Assembly (NCBI GenBank): GCA_963842085.1
Contig: CAWJET010000001.1
Coordinates: forward strand, 2,912,001 to 2,976,000
Direction of reading: 5' to 3'
DNA: 64,000 nt
From: an uncultured delta proteobacterium
GTDB taxonomy: Bacteria; Desulfobacterota; Binatia; Binatales; Binataceae
Shown: one piece after another, positions 1 through 9,826 of the stretch
How positions within the stretch are numbered: the stretch's first letter is position 1
Layout of the letters: every line of letters starts with the position of its first letter
Made by a program: the position numbers and the translations under genes
Notes under the pieces: model-generated
Seen by the model: the letters and a program-made list of their open reading frames with translations, nothing else
Told to the model about the DNA's origin: nothing
Database searches by the model: none

Positions 1-1169
1 CCGCCGGAGCCGTTGGTACCGCCGCCGAGACCGCCGCCGCCCATCGAACCGCCGAAACTGGCGCTACTGGCCATTCCGCCGTAACCACCGCCGCCGCCGA
101 AGCCGTTCATCCCGCCGAAGCCCGAGGTACCGCCATTGGCGGCCTCGTTGAAGCTCGAGCGGCCGAGCGATCCCTTGCCGGTGGTGGGCGACAGGGTGGT
201 TGGGCCGCTGCCGCCGTTGAGCAGGTTGTTGAGCACTTGCACCATCTCGAGCGCCTGCGCGTTCTTGAGACGATAGACGTGGATGCGCGAGGTCGTGAGC
301 GGCGGATTGACGTCGAGCTTTTGGACGATCTCCTGGATCTCGCGCATCTGGAGCGGCGGCGCCATCACGATAAGGCAATTGGTGCGCTCGTCAGGGATAA
401 CCTTGTAACCCGTGCCGGGGCCGGTCGCCGAAGGCGCGACGCCCATCTGGGGCCGGATCATCATCTCCGGCCTGCCGGGGGTGCCGGGCGCGGCCTTGGC
501 GGCCATGAGCTGATCGATTTCGGGTGCGAGTTCAGTGGCAAAGGCAAGCTTGAGCGGAATGACCACAATCGACTGCTGCTCGCCGCGCACATCCAGGGCG
601 CCGATTATCTGGAGCAAGCGCTCGACGTTGTAGGCGTCGTCGGTGACGATGACGGTGTTGTCATTCGGGAATGCTGCCACCAGGCCGTCGTGCGAGACCA
701 TCGGCTGGATGACGCCGATGACGGAAGCGGCGTCGATATTCCTAAGCCGGATCATCCGGGTGACGTACTCGTCGCCCTTTGACTCGGCCGGAACCTGCGA
801 CTCGGTAAGCGCGGCGGAGGAACGCACGTTGCGCGCGGGGACTATCTTGATAACCTTGCCGGCCTGGACGGTGGTGAAACCTTTCACCTGCAGAACGGAT
901 TGAAAGATCGAGTAGGCTTGCTCGGGAGTGACCTTGCTCGGCGAGATGATGGTGACCTTGCCGCGCACGGATTCGTCGATGATGAAGTTACGGCCGGTGA
1001 TCTCGCTGATGAACTTGGCCAGCACGGGAATATCCACGTTCTGGAAATTCATCGTGATGGTATTCTGGGGAGGCAGCCCTGCGGATTCGGCGGCGAAGGC
1101 GGCGGATGGGAGGTTGGAAGAGACGAACAACAGAGCGGCGGTAAGCGCCCCAAGCAAAAAACGGCTCAT
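1..1169 (-). CDS. gspD: Type II secretion system secretin GspD, N-terminal part (runs off the window start)
   Basis: Not in the ORF track because there is no stop in the window. Translated by hand from ATG 1169: signal peptide MSRFLLGALTAALLFVSS, N0 motif TMNFQNVDIPVLAKFISEITGRNFIIDESVRGKVTIIS, repeated N-domain motifs (DNTVIVTD, DERTNCLIV, YRLKNAQA), then a Gly-rich linker. Confidence 0.9.
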   Translation of the reverse strand, partial: MSRFLLGALTAALLFVSSNLPSAAFAAESAGLPPQNTITMNFQNVDIPVLAKFISEITGRNFIIDESVRGKVTIISPSKVTPEQAYSIFQSVLQVKGFTTVQAGKVIKIVPARNVRSSAALTESQVPAESKGDEYVTRMIRLRNIDAASVIGVIQPMVSHDGLVAAFPNDNTVIVTDDAYNVERLLQIIGALDVRGEQQSIVVIPLKLAFATELAPEIDQLMAAKAAPGTPGRPEMMIRPQMGVAPSATGPGTGYKVIPDERTNCLIVMAPPLQMREIQEIVQKLDVNPPLTTSRIHVYRLKNAQALEMVQVLNNLLNGGSGPTTLSPTTGKGSLGRSSFNEAANGGTSGFGGMNGFGGGGGYGGMASSASFGGSMGGGGLGGGTNGSG

Positions 1170-1382
1170 GCGAGCATCCTCCGCATTTCGAGTCGAAACG
1201 CCGTGAGCATATTTCACCGACGCTGCACAGCGCAACCCGGAATTGTTGCAAATCTCCCAATGCTCGGCGACTATGACGATTACCGACCCGATTTGATTCA
1301 ATCCAGGACCAGAAAAAGGGCAGATTCGGGCGCATCGACGGAATGTGCGCGGGCAGTCCGGGCCGGGATATAAGGTGAAGAT

Positions 1383-2663
1383 TTGCGCTACGAATTCCTG
1401 ATTGGACTCAGATATCTGCGGGCGCGGCGGCGCGAGCGTTTCGTGTCGCTGATCGCGATTATCTCGCTGGCCGGAATCGCAATAGGGACGTTCACGCTGT
1501 CGGTCGCGCTGTCGGTGATGAGCGGATTCGAGAAAGATCTTCGCGCGCGGCTGCTCGCGTTTACGCCGCAGGTAACCATCGAGCGCAGCGACGGCGGGGT
1601 CTGGAACCCGGCCGCGCTCGAGCAGAAGATCGCTGCGATGCCGGAGGTGGCGGCGTCGGCGCCATTTATCACGTCGCAGGTGATGGCGGTGTCGAGCACG
1701 GACTCGGGTGCGCCGGGGCTGGTGGCGGGCGGAATCCTCCGCGGGGTCGAGCCGCATGACAATCCGGTGCTCAAGGAATTGAAAGAGACGCTGGAGAACG
1801 GCTCGCTCGCTGACCTCGAGACCGTGCATCCCGTGACGATCGCGGACAAGGGCAAAAAGCGAGTGGTCGAGCTGCCCGGCGCGATCATCGGCAAGTCGCT
1901 GGCCTTCGACCTGGGGGTGAGGCCGGGCGACGCAGTGATCCTGATTTCGCCGGCGAGCATGGGGGCGGGAATCGGGCCTCCGCGCCTCAAGCGATTCGTG
2001 GTGACGGGATTCTTTCACTCGGGCATGTACGACTTCGACTCGACGCTGTTGTTTGTCGCGCTGAAGGATGGGCGCGCGCTGCTGGCCGACGATCCGCAGC
2101 TCGAGAGCGGGCTCGAACTGCGCCTTCACAACATGTTCGATGCGCCGGCGGTACGTGACCGGATCGCGGCGATGGCGGGGCCTGAGTTCGAGGTGCAGGA
2201 CTGGACCACGGCCAACGCGCCGCTGTTCGTCGCGCTCAAGCTGGAGAAATTCACCTACTTCATGGTGCTGCTGCTGATCGTGCTGGTGGCGGCGTTCAAC
2301 ATAATTGCGACGCTGGTGATGGTGGTGATGGAGCGGCGCAAGGAGATTGCGATCGTGCGCACGATGGGCGCGCGGGCGGCGTCGGTGGCGTCGATCTTTC
2401 TGAGCGAAGGCGCGGCGCTCGGCGTGATCGGCACGGTGCTGGGCGTGGGCGCAGGCTTCGTGACCTCGTACCTGATCGGCAAATATCACTTGATTCATCT
2501 GCCGGCCGACATGTTCATGGTGAGCGCGGTACCGGTGATGATCAATCCATGGAACTTCGTCGTGGTCGCGGCGGCGACGATCGTGCTGTGCCTCGCAGCG
2601 GCAATCTACCCGGCATTGCAAGCGGCAAGGCTCTCGCCAGTCGAGGTGATCCGCTATGAGTGA
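1383..2663 (+). CDS. lolC: Lipoprotein-releasing ABC transporter permease (LolC/E family, single permease)
   Basis: YEFLIGLRYLR...FVSLI...LSVMSGFE N-terminus and AAFNIIATLVMVVMERRKEIAI motif; directly upstream of lolD and bamA. TTG start. Confidence 0.92.
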   Translation: MRYEFLIGLRYLRARRRERFVSLIAIISLAGIAIGTFTLSVALSVMSGFEKDLRARLLAFTPQVTIERSDGGVWNPAALEQKIAAMPEVAASAPFITSQVMAVSSTDSGAPGLVAGGILRGVEPHDNPVLKELKETLENGSLADLETVHPVTIADKGKKRVVELPGAIIGKSLAFDLGVRPGDAVILISPASMGAGIGPPRLKRFVVTGFFHSGMYDFDSTLLFVALKDGRALLADDPQLESGLELRLHNMFDAPAVRDRIAAMAGPEFEVQDWTTANAPLFVALKLEKFTYFMVLLLIVLVAAFNIIATLVMVVMERRKEIAIVRTMGARAASVASIFLSEGAALGVIGTVLGVGAGFVTSYLIGKYHLIHLPADMFMVSAVPVMINPWNFVVVAAATIVLCLAAAIYPALQAARLSPVEVIRYE

Positions 2664-3387
2664 GGCGCGCGCGGCGGCGACCAAAGCGAAACCGAAAACT
2701 GCGACCGGGCGTCTTATCGAGTTGCGCAGCCTCGACAAGACATTCTACGACGCCGATCGCGAAATCCGCGTGCTGCGCAACCTTGACTTGAACGTTGAGA
2801 CGGGCGAGGAAGTCGCGGTGGTCGGGCAATCGGGTACCGGCAAGTCCACCCTGTTGCACATTATCGGGAGTCTCGAGGAGCCGACCGCCGGCAAGGTCTA
2901 TTTCGAGGGCGAGGATTTGTTCGCGCTCGACGAGAAGTCGCTGGCGGAGTTTCGCAACTCGAAGCTGGGGTTCGTGTTCCAGTTCCATTATCTGCTGGCG
3001 GACTTCACGGCGCTGGAAAACGTCATGATGCCGGCGCTGATCGGCCGCATCGACGACGGCGAAGCGAGCCGGCGTGCGACCGAGATGCTGGAAATCGTCG
3101 GCTTGGGCGACAAGCTCGGCCGCCGGCCGGCGGAGCTGTCGGGCGGTGAGCAGCAACGCGTCGCCGTGGCGCGCGCGGTGGTGCTGCGGCCCAAGCTGCT
3201 GCTGGCGGACGAGCCCACGGGCAATCTCGATCCACATACGGCGGGTGGAGTGCACGAGCTGTTTCACAAGCTCAATCGCGAGCTGGGAATCACGATGGTG
3301 ATCGCGACGCATAACGAGCAGTTAACGCGCAGCATGGGGCGTGCGCTGCGGCTGAGCGAGGGCAAGCTGATCGACGAGCGTCGCTGA
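2656..3387 (+). CDS. lolD: Lipoprotein-releasing ABC transporter ATP-binding protein
   Basis: Walker A GQSGTGKST, GFVFQFHYLL, LSGGEQQRVA, ADEPTGNLD; overlaps the permease stop. Confidence 0.93.
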   Translation: MSEARAAATKAKPKTATGRLIELRSLDKTFYDADREIRVLRNLDLNVETGEEVAVVGQSGTGKSTLLHIIGSLEEPTAGKVYFEGEDLFALDEKSLAEFRNSKLGFVFQFHYLLADFTALENVMMPALIGRIDDGEASRRATEMLEIVGLGDKLGRRPAELSGGEQQRVAVARAVVLRPKLLLADEPTGNLDPHTAGGVHELFHKLNRELGITMVIATHNEQLTRSMGRALRLSEGKLIDERR

Positions 3388-3532
3388 ACTCCCAGCGCGG
3401 GTTCAACGAGAACGCCGCCCAGAACCCTCAGCCAACCGCTCCCGTCAGATAACGGCCGAGGGATCAAGCGGGTGTTTGGTTTACACGGCGGAGGCGATTG
3501 GCTAGTTTGGTCGCCGTTTTTGGTGTGTTTGA

Positions 3533-5965
3533 GTGACATCGGGAAAGTTCAACGCGCGCAAGCCGCGCGTGTCGTCATTGTGCGGGCCGCGCCGTCCGCA
3601 TCGCGAGCTATGGCCGGCGAACATTGCGCTGTTGCTGGTGACGATTGCGGTGCTGCTCGCGGCCGCGGTCGCGCGCGCGCAAGGCCCGGCAGCGATAATC
3701 TCCAGGATTCAGATCGCCGGTAACCAACGCGTCGAGGAAGACGCGATCAGAATCCACATCACGCAGCAGGTCGGCCAACCGCTCGATCAGACGGCAGTGG
3801 ATAATGACATCAAGTCGATCTACCGCATGGGGTTTTTCGACTCGGTGACCGCGCGCGTCGAGCAGCAGGGCGGCAGCAACGTGCTGGTGTACCGGGTGAA
3901 GGAGCGCCCGCAGATAACCGACGTCAAGTTTTACGGGATGAAGGCGATCCGGTCGAACGACGACAAGATAGTGGCGGCGGTGAAGGTGCATCCGGGCACG
4001 ATACTCGATCCGATCGCGGTCAAGGAGACCATCAACGGCGTTGAGCAGGTGTACGCGGACAAGGGCTACACCGACGCCAAGGTGACCTTCAAGCCGATCC
4101 CGCAACCCGACAACACCGCGTTCGGCGAATTCGACGTGGTTGAGGGGCCGAAGGTCGAGATTACGGAGATCAAATTCGTAGGCAACCACGCGTTTTCATC
4201 GTCGGTTCTGAGCGCCAACATGGAAACCCATACCTACAGCAGATTGCTGAGCTGGTTCACGGGATGGGGCGCGCTCGATCAGAAGAAACTGCAGGAAGAC
4301 GTCGATCGGCTGACGGCGTTCTACTACGACAACGGCTACCTGAACGTGTCGATTGCGCCACCGCAGGTAGTCCGCAGTGGCGGGAAGATTACGATCATCG
4401 TAACCATCGATGAGGGCACCCCGTACCGCGTCGGCCGCATCAACATCCAAGGCAACCTGAAATTTCCGCGCCACGAGCTGCGCCGGCTGCTGACGATGAA
4501 GAGCGGGCAACTGTTCCGCGGCTCGGCCCTGCAGCGCCAAGTGCTGGCGCTGTCCGATTTCTATTCGAACCGCGGCTACGCTTACGTCAACGTCGATCCG
4601 CGCACGCAGTTGGTCCACACCACCAAGCGGGTCAACGTGGTGTTCCTGATCAATCCGGGTCATGAAGTGCTTATCGACCGCATCAACATCAGCGGCAACA
4701 CCAAGACCTCGGACAAGGTAATTCGCCGCGAGATCCAGGTGCAGGAGCAGGAGCCGTACAGCGCCGAGGAGATCCGCGATTCCAAGGTGCGGCTGGACCG
4801 GCTGGGATTCTTCTCCGACACGCGTATCACGACCGCGCCCGCGGCGCAGCCCGACAAGATCAACCTCGACGTGAACGTGACCGAGGCCAATACCGCGTCG
4901 TTCCAGGTGGCGGGCGGGTTCGACAGCTATCAATCGCTGTTCGGCAACTTTACGCTGGGCAACACCAACCTCTTCGGCGGCGGCGAATCGCTGATCCTCA
5001 ACGCGCAGGTGGGTTTCCTGTTCCAGAACTACAGCATCAGTTATACCGAGCCGTGGTTTTTGGACATCCCGCTAAGCGTGGGGATGCAGCTGTTCGACAA
5101 CAAAACCTACCTGCTGAGCTTCAACCAGTCATCGGCGGGCTTCACCTTGACGACGACCTATCCGCTGACCGAACTCGGCTTCAAGAAGCTGGGGCCGTTC
5201 TCGCTCAAAGACATCACGGCGGGACTCGGCTACTCGTTTCAGAGCATCGGCATAACAGGGCTGAATCAGTTCACGACTTACCAAATCGCGCGCTACAAGG
5301 GCTACACGCAAACCTCGGAATTTACCCCGACGATTCGGCGCTTCACGGTGGACAATCCAATCGACCCGCGCACCGGCACCGTCGAGAGTCTCAGCATGCA
5401 GTTCGGCGGACTCGGCGGCACCAATTCATTCATCAAGGGCGTCGCGCATTTTCGCTATTTCTACCCGTTCCTGAAGAGCCAGTCGCTGGGGACGTTCGTA
5501 GTGTCGCAGGGAATCACGTTCGGCATCGGGACCAACCTGGAAAGCGGGACGGGCGGCGAGTTGCCGCTGTATGAGCGCTTCTTCCCGGGCGGAGTCGGCG
5601 GACCGGGCGACGTGCGCGGCTATCAGCTCTATTCGTTGGGGCCGCAGGTGACGATCTACAACCAGGGCGGGGCGCCGCTGAGCGTGCAGGACGTCGGCGG
5701 CAGCAAGGAATTGCTGTTGAGCAACGAGATCACCTTCCCGATCCTGTCGGGCTTGGGAATCCGCGGGGTGGTATTCAGCGACGCGGGGCAATCGTTCCTG
5801 CTCAAGGACTCGCTTTCCATCGACCAGCTTCAGGCCTCGTTCGGAATCGGCGTGCGCTGGAAGTCGCCGTTCGGGCCGCTGGCGGTGGATATCGCGTTTC
5901 CGATCAACCCGCGGCCGGCCGACCAGAGCACGGTATTCGAGGTCGGCGCCGGCTCGCCGCTGTAA
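3533..5965 (+). CDS. bamA: Outer membrane protein assembly factor BamA (exact start uncertain)
   Basis: Signal peptide, POTRA repeats (GNQRVEE, GNTKTSDKVIRRE), VRGY loop motif, WKSPFGPL near the C-terminus. Confidence 0.95.
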   Translation: MTSGKFNARKPRVSSLCGPRRPHRELWPANIALLLVTIAVLLAAAVARAQGPAAIISRIQIAGNQRVEEDAIRIHITQQVGQPLDQTAVDNDIKSIYRMGFFDSVTARVEQQGGSNVLVYRVKERPQITDVKFYGMKAIRSNDDKIVAAVKVHPGTILDPIAVKETINGVEQVYADKGYTDAKVTFKPIPQPDNTAFGEFDVVEGPKVEITEIKFVGNHAFSSSVLSANMETHTYSRLLSWFTGWGALDQKKLQEDVDRLTAFYYDNGYLNVSIAPPQVVRSGGKITIIVTIDEGTPYRVGRINIQGNLKFPRHELRRLLTMKSGQLFRGSALQRQVLALSDFYSNRGYAYVNVDPRTQLVHTTKRVNVVFLINPGHEVLIDRINISGNTKTSDKVIRREIQVQEQEPYSAEEIRDSKVRLDRLGFFSDTRITTAPAAQPDKINLDVNVTEANTASFQVAGGFDSYQSLFGNFTLGNTNLFGGGESLILNAQVGFLFQNYSISYTEPWFLDIPLSVGMQLFDNKTYLLSFNQSSAGFTLTTTYPLTELGFKKLGPFSLKDITAGLGYSFQSIGITGLNQFTTYQIARYKGYTQTSEFTPTIRRFTVDNPIDPRTGTVESLSMQFGGLGGTNSFIKGVAHFRYFYPFLKSQSLGTFVVSQGITFGIGTNLESGTGGELPLYERFFPGGVGGPGDVRGYQLYSLGPQVTIYNQGGAPLSVQDVGGSKELLLSNEITFPILSGLGIRGVVFSDAGQSFLLKDSLSIDQLQASFGIGVRWKSPFGPLAVDIAFPINPRPADQSTVFEVGAGSPL

Positions 5966-6106
5966 CGTCAGAGACCCCCGTGGGCAACTGGATTTGATGC
6001 TCGACGAAGTACTATTGTGTATATTTCTTCGTGCGGGAAGAGGCGCGCCGTGGGGACGTGGTTCGCTGTTTCAGATAGGTAGTCAACAGGAGGCTTTCCA
6101 GACTGT

Positions 6107-6757
6107 ATGAGGCAACGGTTGTTCATCGGTGCGATGTTCGGTGCGTTACTTGCGGTGACGTCCGCGGCAGCTCCCGCGCACGCCGAACTCAAGTTCGCCT
6201 ATGTTGACGTGCAGCGGGCGCTCAATGAGTGCGACGCCGGCAAGCGGGCCAAGGCCGATTTCCAGGGCAAGGTCACCTCGCTCGAAGCGCGCCTGCAGCG
6301 GCAGCAAAACGAGGTCCAGGCGCTCAAGGACGAGATGGAAAAAAAGGGCATGCTGATGAACACCGATCAGCGCCAGGCCCTGCAGGACCAGTACATGGAG
6401 AAGCTCAAGAACTTCGAGCGCGACTACAAGGACTCGAAGGACGAGCTGCAGGCGAAGGACCAGGAGATCACCGCGAAAATCGTGCACGACCTCGCGCAAG
6501 TCATCCGCACGCTCGGCGAGCGTGACAACTACACGATGGTGTTCGAGAAGGGATCGATCCTGTGGGGCACCCCGGGCATCGACATCACCGACCAGGTTAT
6601 CCGCAATTACAATGCGATGCATGTGGCGATCGGCACCGTCGGCGAAGGGCCCGGCGGCGGCGTGAGGCCGGCGAGCATTCAGAGCGAGCAGGCGGGCGCG
6701 CCCGAGCCGTCGGAATTCGGCACGCAGGCGGCCAAAAAGTCGACCATCTCGAAGTAG
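6107..6757 (+). CDS. skp: OmpH/Skp periplasmic chaperone with a low-complexity C-terminal tail
   Basis: Signal peptide AHA/ELKFAYVDVQRAL, long coiled coil, DITDQVI motif; follows bamA; SD AGGAGG. Confidence 0.9.
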   Translation: MRQRLFIGAMFGALLAVTSAAAPAHAELKFAYVDVQRALNECDAGKRAKADFQGKVTSLEARLQRQQNEVQALKDEMEKKGMLMNTDQRQALQDQYMEKLKNFERDYKDSKDELQAKDQEITAKIVHDLAQVIRTLGERDNYTMVFEKGSILWGTPGIDITDQVIRNYNAMHVAIGTVGEGPGGGVRPASIQSEQAGAPEPSEFGTQAAKKSTISK

Positions 6758-6789
6758 GCCGCCCGGCAACGTGCGCGAAGTAATTCCCG

Positions 6790-7251
6790 GTGCCTGACGA
6801 CCACGAAACGAAAGTCTCGGAACTCGAGCGGGTGCTGGGGCTGCTGCCCCATCGCTATCCCTTTCTGCTGGTCGATCGGATCGTCGAACTTGGCAAGGGA
6901 CGCGTCGTAACGATCAAGAACGTCAGCTTCAACGAACCCTACTTCGCCGGCCATTTTCCGGGGCATCCGGTGATGCCGGGGGTGTTGATCGTCGAGGCGC
7001 TCGCGCAGTCGGGCGCGATCCTCGCGCTCAATGAAGTGGGCGGCGACCCGACGCGCCTCTTCGTGCTGACGGGACTGGACAAAGTGCGCTTTCGGCGCCG
7101 TGTGATCCCGGGCGATCAGCTGCGGATGGAAGTGAAAATCGTAAAATTCCATCGTCCGTTGTGGCGGATGCAGGCGGCGGCGCGCGTCGGCGACGAGTTG
7201 GCGGCCGAGGCGGAATTGTCCGCGATGGAAGTCGAGGAGCAAGTTCGATAG
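6790..7251 (+). CDS. fabZ: 3-hydroxyacyl-ACP dehydratase
   Basis: LPHRYPFLLVDR and GHFPGHPVMPGVLIVEALAQ motifs. Confidence 0.96.
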   Translation: MPDDHETKVSELERVLGLLPHRYPFLLVDRIVELGKGRVVTIKNVSFNEPYFAGHFPGHPVMPGVLIVEALAQSGAILALNEVGGDPTRLFVLTGLDKVRFRRRVIPGDQLRMEVKIVKFHRPLWRMQAAARVGDELAAEAELSAMEVEEQVR

Positions 7252-8042
7252 CGGGCCGAATCCATTCCTCCGCGGTCATCGACCGGCGGGCCGAACTCGA
7301 CCCGAGCGTTGAAGTCGGCCCGGGCGCGGTGATCGGACCGGGGGTGAAGATTGGCGCGGGCACGGTGATCGGCCCGTGCGCGATGATCGAGCGCAACACC
7401 ACGATCGGCAAGCGCAATCGCATCTGGCAGTTCGCCGCCATCGGCGCGGAACCGCAGGACCTGAAATTCAAGGGCGAACCGTCGGTAGTCGAAATCGGCG
7501 ACGACAACATGATTCGCGAGTTCGCGACCATTCACCGCGGCACCGAAGGCGGCGGCATGCTCACGAAAATCGGCAGTCACGCGCTGGTGATGACCTACGC
7601 GCACGTCGCGCACGACTGCCTCATCGGCGACCATGTGATCCTGGCGGCGTCCACCGGGCTGGCGGGCCACTGCGTGATCGAAGAGTACGCGATTTGCGAG
7701 GGCCAGGTCGGGGTGCATCAGTTCACCCGCATCGGCACTCACGCGATCGTGGCGGCGGGCGCGAAGGTGGCGCAGGACGTGCCGCCGTACTCGATGGTGG
7801 CGGGGACCGAGCGCGCGCGGCTGGCTGGCGTCAACGAGATTGGCCTGCAGCGGCGCGGCTTCAAGCCGGAAACGATTGCGGCGCTGAAGTCGGCGATTCG
7901 TACGCTGTTTTTCTCGAAGCTGCTGCGCGAGGAAGCGATTGCCAAGACCCTCGAGGAATACGGCGAGCTGGCCGAGGTGCGCCGGCTGGTTGATTTCATA
8001 AACAACTCGAAGCGCGGAGTCGTTGGCCGCGAGCGTGAATAA
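7248..8042 (+). CDS. lpxA: UDP-N-acetylglucosamine acyltransferase (probable non-canonical ATA start at 7248)
   Basis: Hexapeptide repeats, PQDLKF, IREFATIHRGT, HVAHDC. Homology starts at RIHSSAVID; ATA 7248 overlaps the fabZ TAG and lies 8 nt after GAGGAG. Confidence 0.93.
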   Translation: MAGRIHSSAVIDRRAELDPSVEVGPGAVIGPGVKIGAGTVIGPCAMIERNTTIGKRNRIWQFAAIGAEPQDLKFKGEPSVVEIGDDNMIREFATIHRGTEGGGMLTKIGSHALVMTYAHVAHDCLIGDHVILAASTGLAGHCVIEEYAICEGQVGVHQFTRIGTHAIVAAGAKVAQDVPPYSMVAGTERARLAGVNEIGLQRRGFKPETIAALKSAIRTLFFSKLLREEAIAKTLEEYGELAEVRRLVDFINNSKRGVVGRERE

Positions 8043-8850
8043 GCTCGGGCTCATCGCGGGCAACGGCGTCTTTCCGCTCGAAGTAGCGCGCGCCGCGCGC
8101 GAGCGCGGAATAAAAATCGTCGCGGTCGCGCACCTGGATGAAAGCGAGCGCGCGCTCGACTCGGTGGCCGGCGAAGTCACGTGGATCAAAGTCGGCGAGT
8201 TGCAAAAAATAATCGACGTGTTCAAAACCGCCGGTGTGTCGGAAGCCGCGATGGCCGGCGGCATCGCGCGCGCGCGGCTGAAAGATTCCTTCGCACCCGA
8301 CGCGCGCGCGCTCAAGATGCTCGCGGGAATCGGGCGCTTCAGCGATGACGCCGTTCTGCGCGGCGTCGCGCGTGAAGTCGAGGCTGAAGGAATCAAAATG
8401 ATCGACCCGGTGCCGATGATCGAGCATTGGCTCGCGCGCCCCGGCGTCGGCGCGGGTCCCGAGCCGGCTCCCGCGCAAATGCGCGATCTCGATCTCGCAT
8501 TCGCGGTCGCGCGCCGGCTTGGCAGCTACGATATAGGCCAGACGGTCGCGGTCCGCGACGGAATGGTCGCCGCCGTGGAAGCGCTGGAAGGTACCGACGC
8601 CGCCGTGCGTCGCGCAGCCGCGCTGGTGGGCGCGGGCCTGGTGGTGGCCAAGGCGGCGAAGCCCGGGCAAGACATGCGGTTCGACCGCCCCGCAATTGGC
8701 CCGGCTACTGTGGAATTGCTGGCCGAGATTGGCGCGGCGATGATCGGCGTCGAAGCGGGAGTTGCGCTGATTCTCGAACGCGATCGCACGCTCGCGCTCG
8801 CGCGCGCGAAAAACGTGACGTTGTACGGTTATGCGCAAGCCGGCGTTTGA
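8035..8850 (+). CDS. lpxI: UDP-2,3-diacylglucosamine diphosphatase LpxI
   Basis: KLGLIAGNGVFP, DIGQTV, AVEALEGTD, KPGQDMRFDRPAIG. GTG 8035 or TTG 8023 start. Confidence 0.92.
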   Translation: MNKLGLIAGNGVFPLEVARAARERGIKIVAVAHLDESERALDSVAGEVTWIKVGELQKIIDVFKTAGVSEAAMAGGIARARLKDSFAPDARALKMLAGIGRFSDDAVLRGVAREVEAEGIKMIDPVPMIEHWLARPGVGAGPEPAPAQMRDLDLAFAVARRLGSYDIGQTVAVRDGMVAAVEALEGTDAAVRRAAALVGAGLVVAKAAKPGQDMRFDRPAIGPATVELLAEIGAAMIGVEAGVALILERDRTLALARAKNVTLYGYAQAGV

Positions 8851-9793
8851 GCTGCGCGCCGCGGTGATCGGCGCGGGGCGGCTGGGCACTCTGCACGCGC
8901 GCAAGTACGCCGCGATTGCGGGAATCAAGCTCGCGCACGTCGTCGATCTCGACGCCGCGCGGGCGCAGGCCCTGGCGGCGGAAGTTGGCGCGGCGCCGCT
9001 GGCCGATTACCGGATGCTCGCGGGAAAGGTGGACCTGGTGACGGTCGCGTCGCCCGGTGTGACGCATCATGAGATCGCGTCGGCGATGCTGAAAGCGGGC
9101 ATCGACGTGCTGCTGGAAAAGCCGATGGCCGAGACGCTGGCGCAGGCACGTGAGCTGGCCGGGCTGGCGTCGGAATCCGGGCGCATTCTTCAGATCGGTC
9201 ACCTCGAGCGGTTCAATCCGGCGGTCGTTCATCTGCATTCAATCGTAAAAAATCCGCGGTTCGTGGAATGCCATCGGCTCGCGCCGTTCACCGAGCGCGG
9301 CACCGATGTGGACGTGGTGCTCGATCTGATGGTGCATGACCTGGACGTGATCCTGTCGGTGGCGCCGTCGGAAGTGGCGTCGCTGGAGGCGGTGGGCGTC
9401 GCGATCCTGACCGATCGAATCGATCTGGCCAACGCGCGCATCCGCTTCCAGAGCGGTCTCATCGCAAATCTCGTCTCCAGCCGCGTGTCGGCGCGGCGCG
9501 AGCGCAAGATTCGCTTCTTCCAGCCCGATGCGTACATTTCAGTCGATTACGAAGCGCGCAGCATCCAGATATTTCGCCGGACACCGCCGGTGCGAGGCGC
9601 GCAGTTTCCCACAATTTCGGCCGAGCAGATCGATTTCGGCGAAGGCGATCCTCTCGCCGACGAAGTCAATGCGTTCGTCGGCGCCGTTCGCAACCGGTCC
9701 ACGCCGGCGGTCAGCGCCGACGACGGACTTCGGGTGATGGAACTGACCGAGAGAATCAAGGACGTGATGCTGACGGACTCGGTCGCGTCTTGA
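8831..9793 (+). CDS. Gfo/Idh/MocA oxidoreductase, GnnA-like (UDP-GlcNAc 3-dehydrogenase candidate)
   Basis: GAGRLG Rossmann motif, EKPM, GHLERFNPA, DVVLDLMVHDLD; position next to lpxA/lpxI. Confidence 0.8.
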   Translation: MRKPAFELRAAVIGAGRLGTLHARKYAAIAGIKLAHVVDLDAARAQALAAEVGAAPLADYRMLAGKVDLVTVASPGVTHHEIASAMLKAGIDVLLEKPMAETLAQARELAGLASESGRILQIGHLERFNPAVVHLHSIVKNPRFVECHRLAPFTERGTDVDVVLDLMVHDLDVILSVAPSEVASLEAVGVAILTDRIDLANARIRFQSGLIANLVSSRVSARRERKIRFFQPDAYISVDYEARSIQIFRRTPPVRGAQFPTISAEQIDFGEGDPLADEVNAFVGAVRNRSTPAVSADDGLRVMELTERIKDVMLTDSVAS

Positions 9794-9826
9794 CGCCTGT
9801 AGTCCGCTGCGACAGAATCGAACGCA

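Noticed and set aside
237-1373. Plus-strand ORFs of 86-181 aa at the window start
   Set aside because: They are antisense shadows of the gspD frame, which the track missed because it has no stop in the window.
7161-7247. Longer lpxA start offered by the ORF track
   Set aside because: Adds an Arg/Gly-rich segment with no LpxA character, deep inside fabZ and without an obvious SD.
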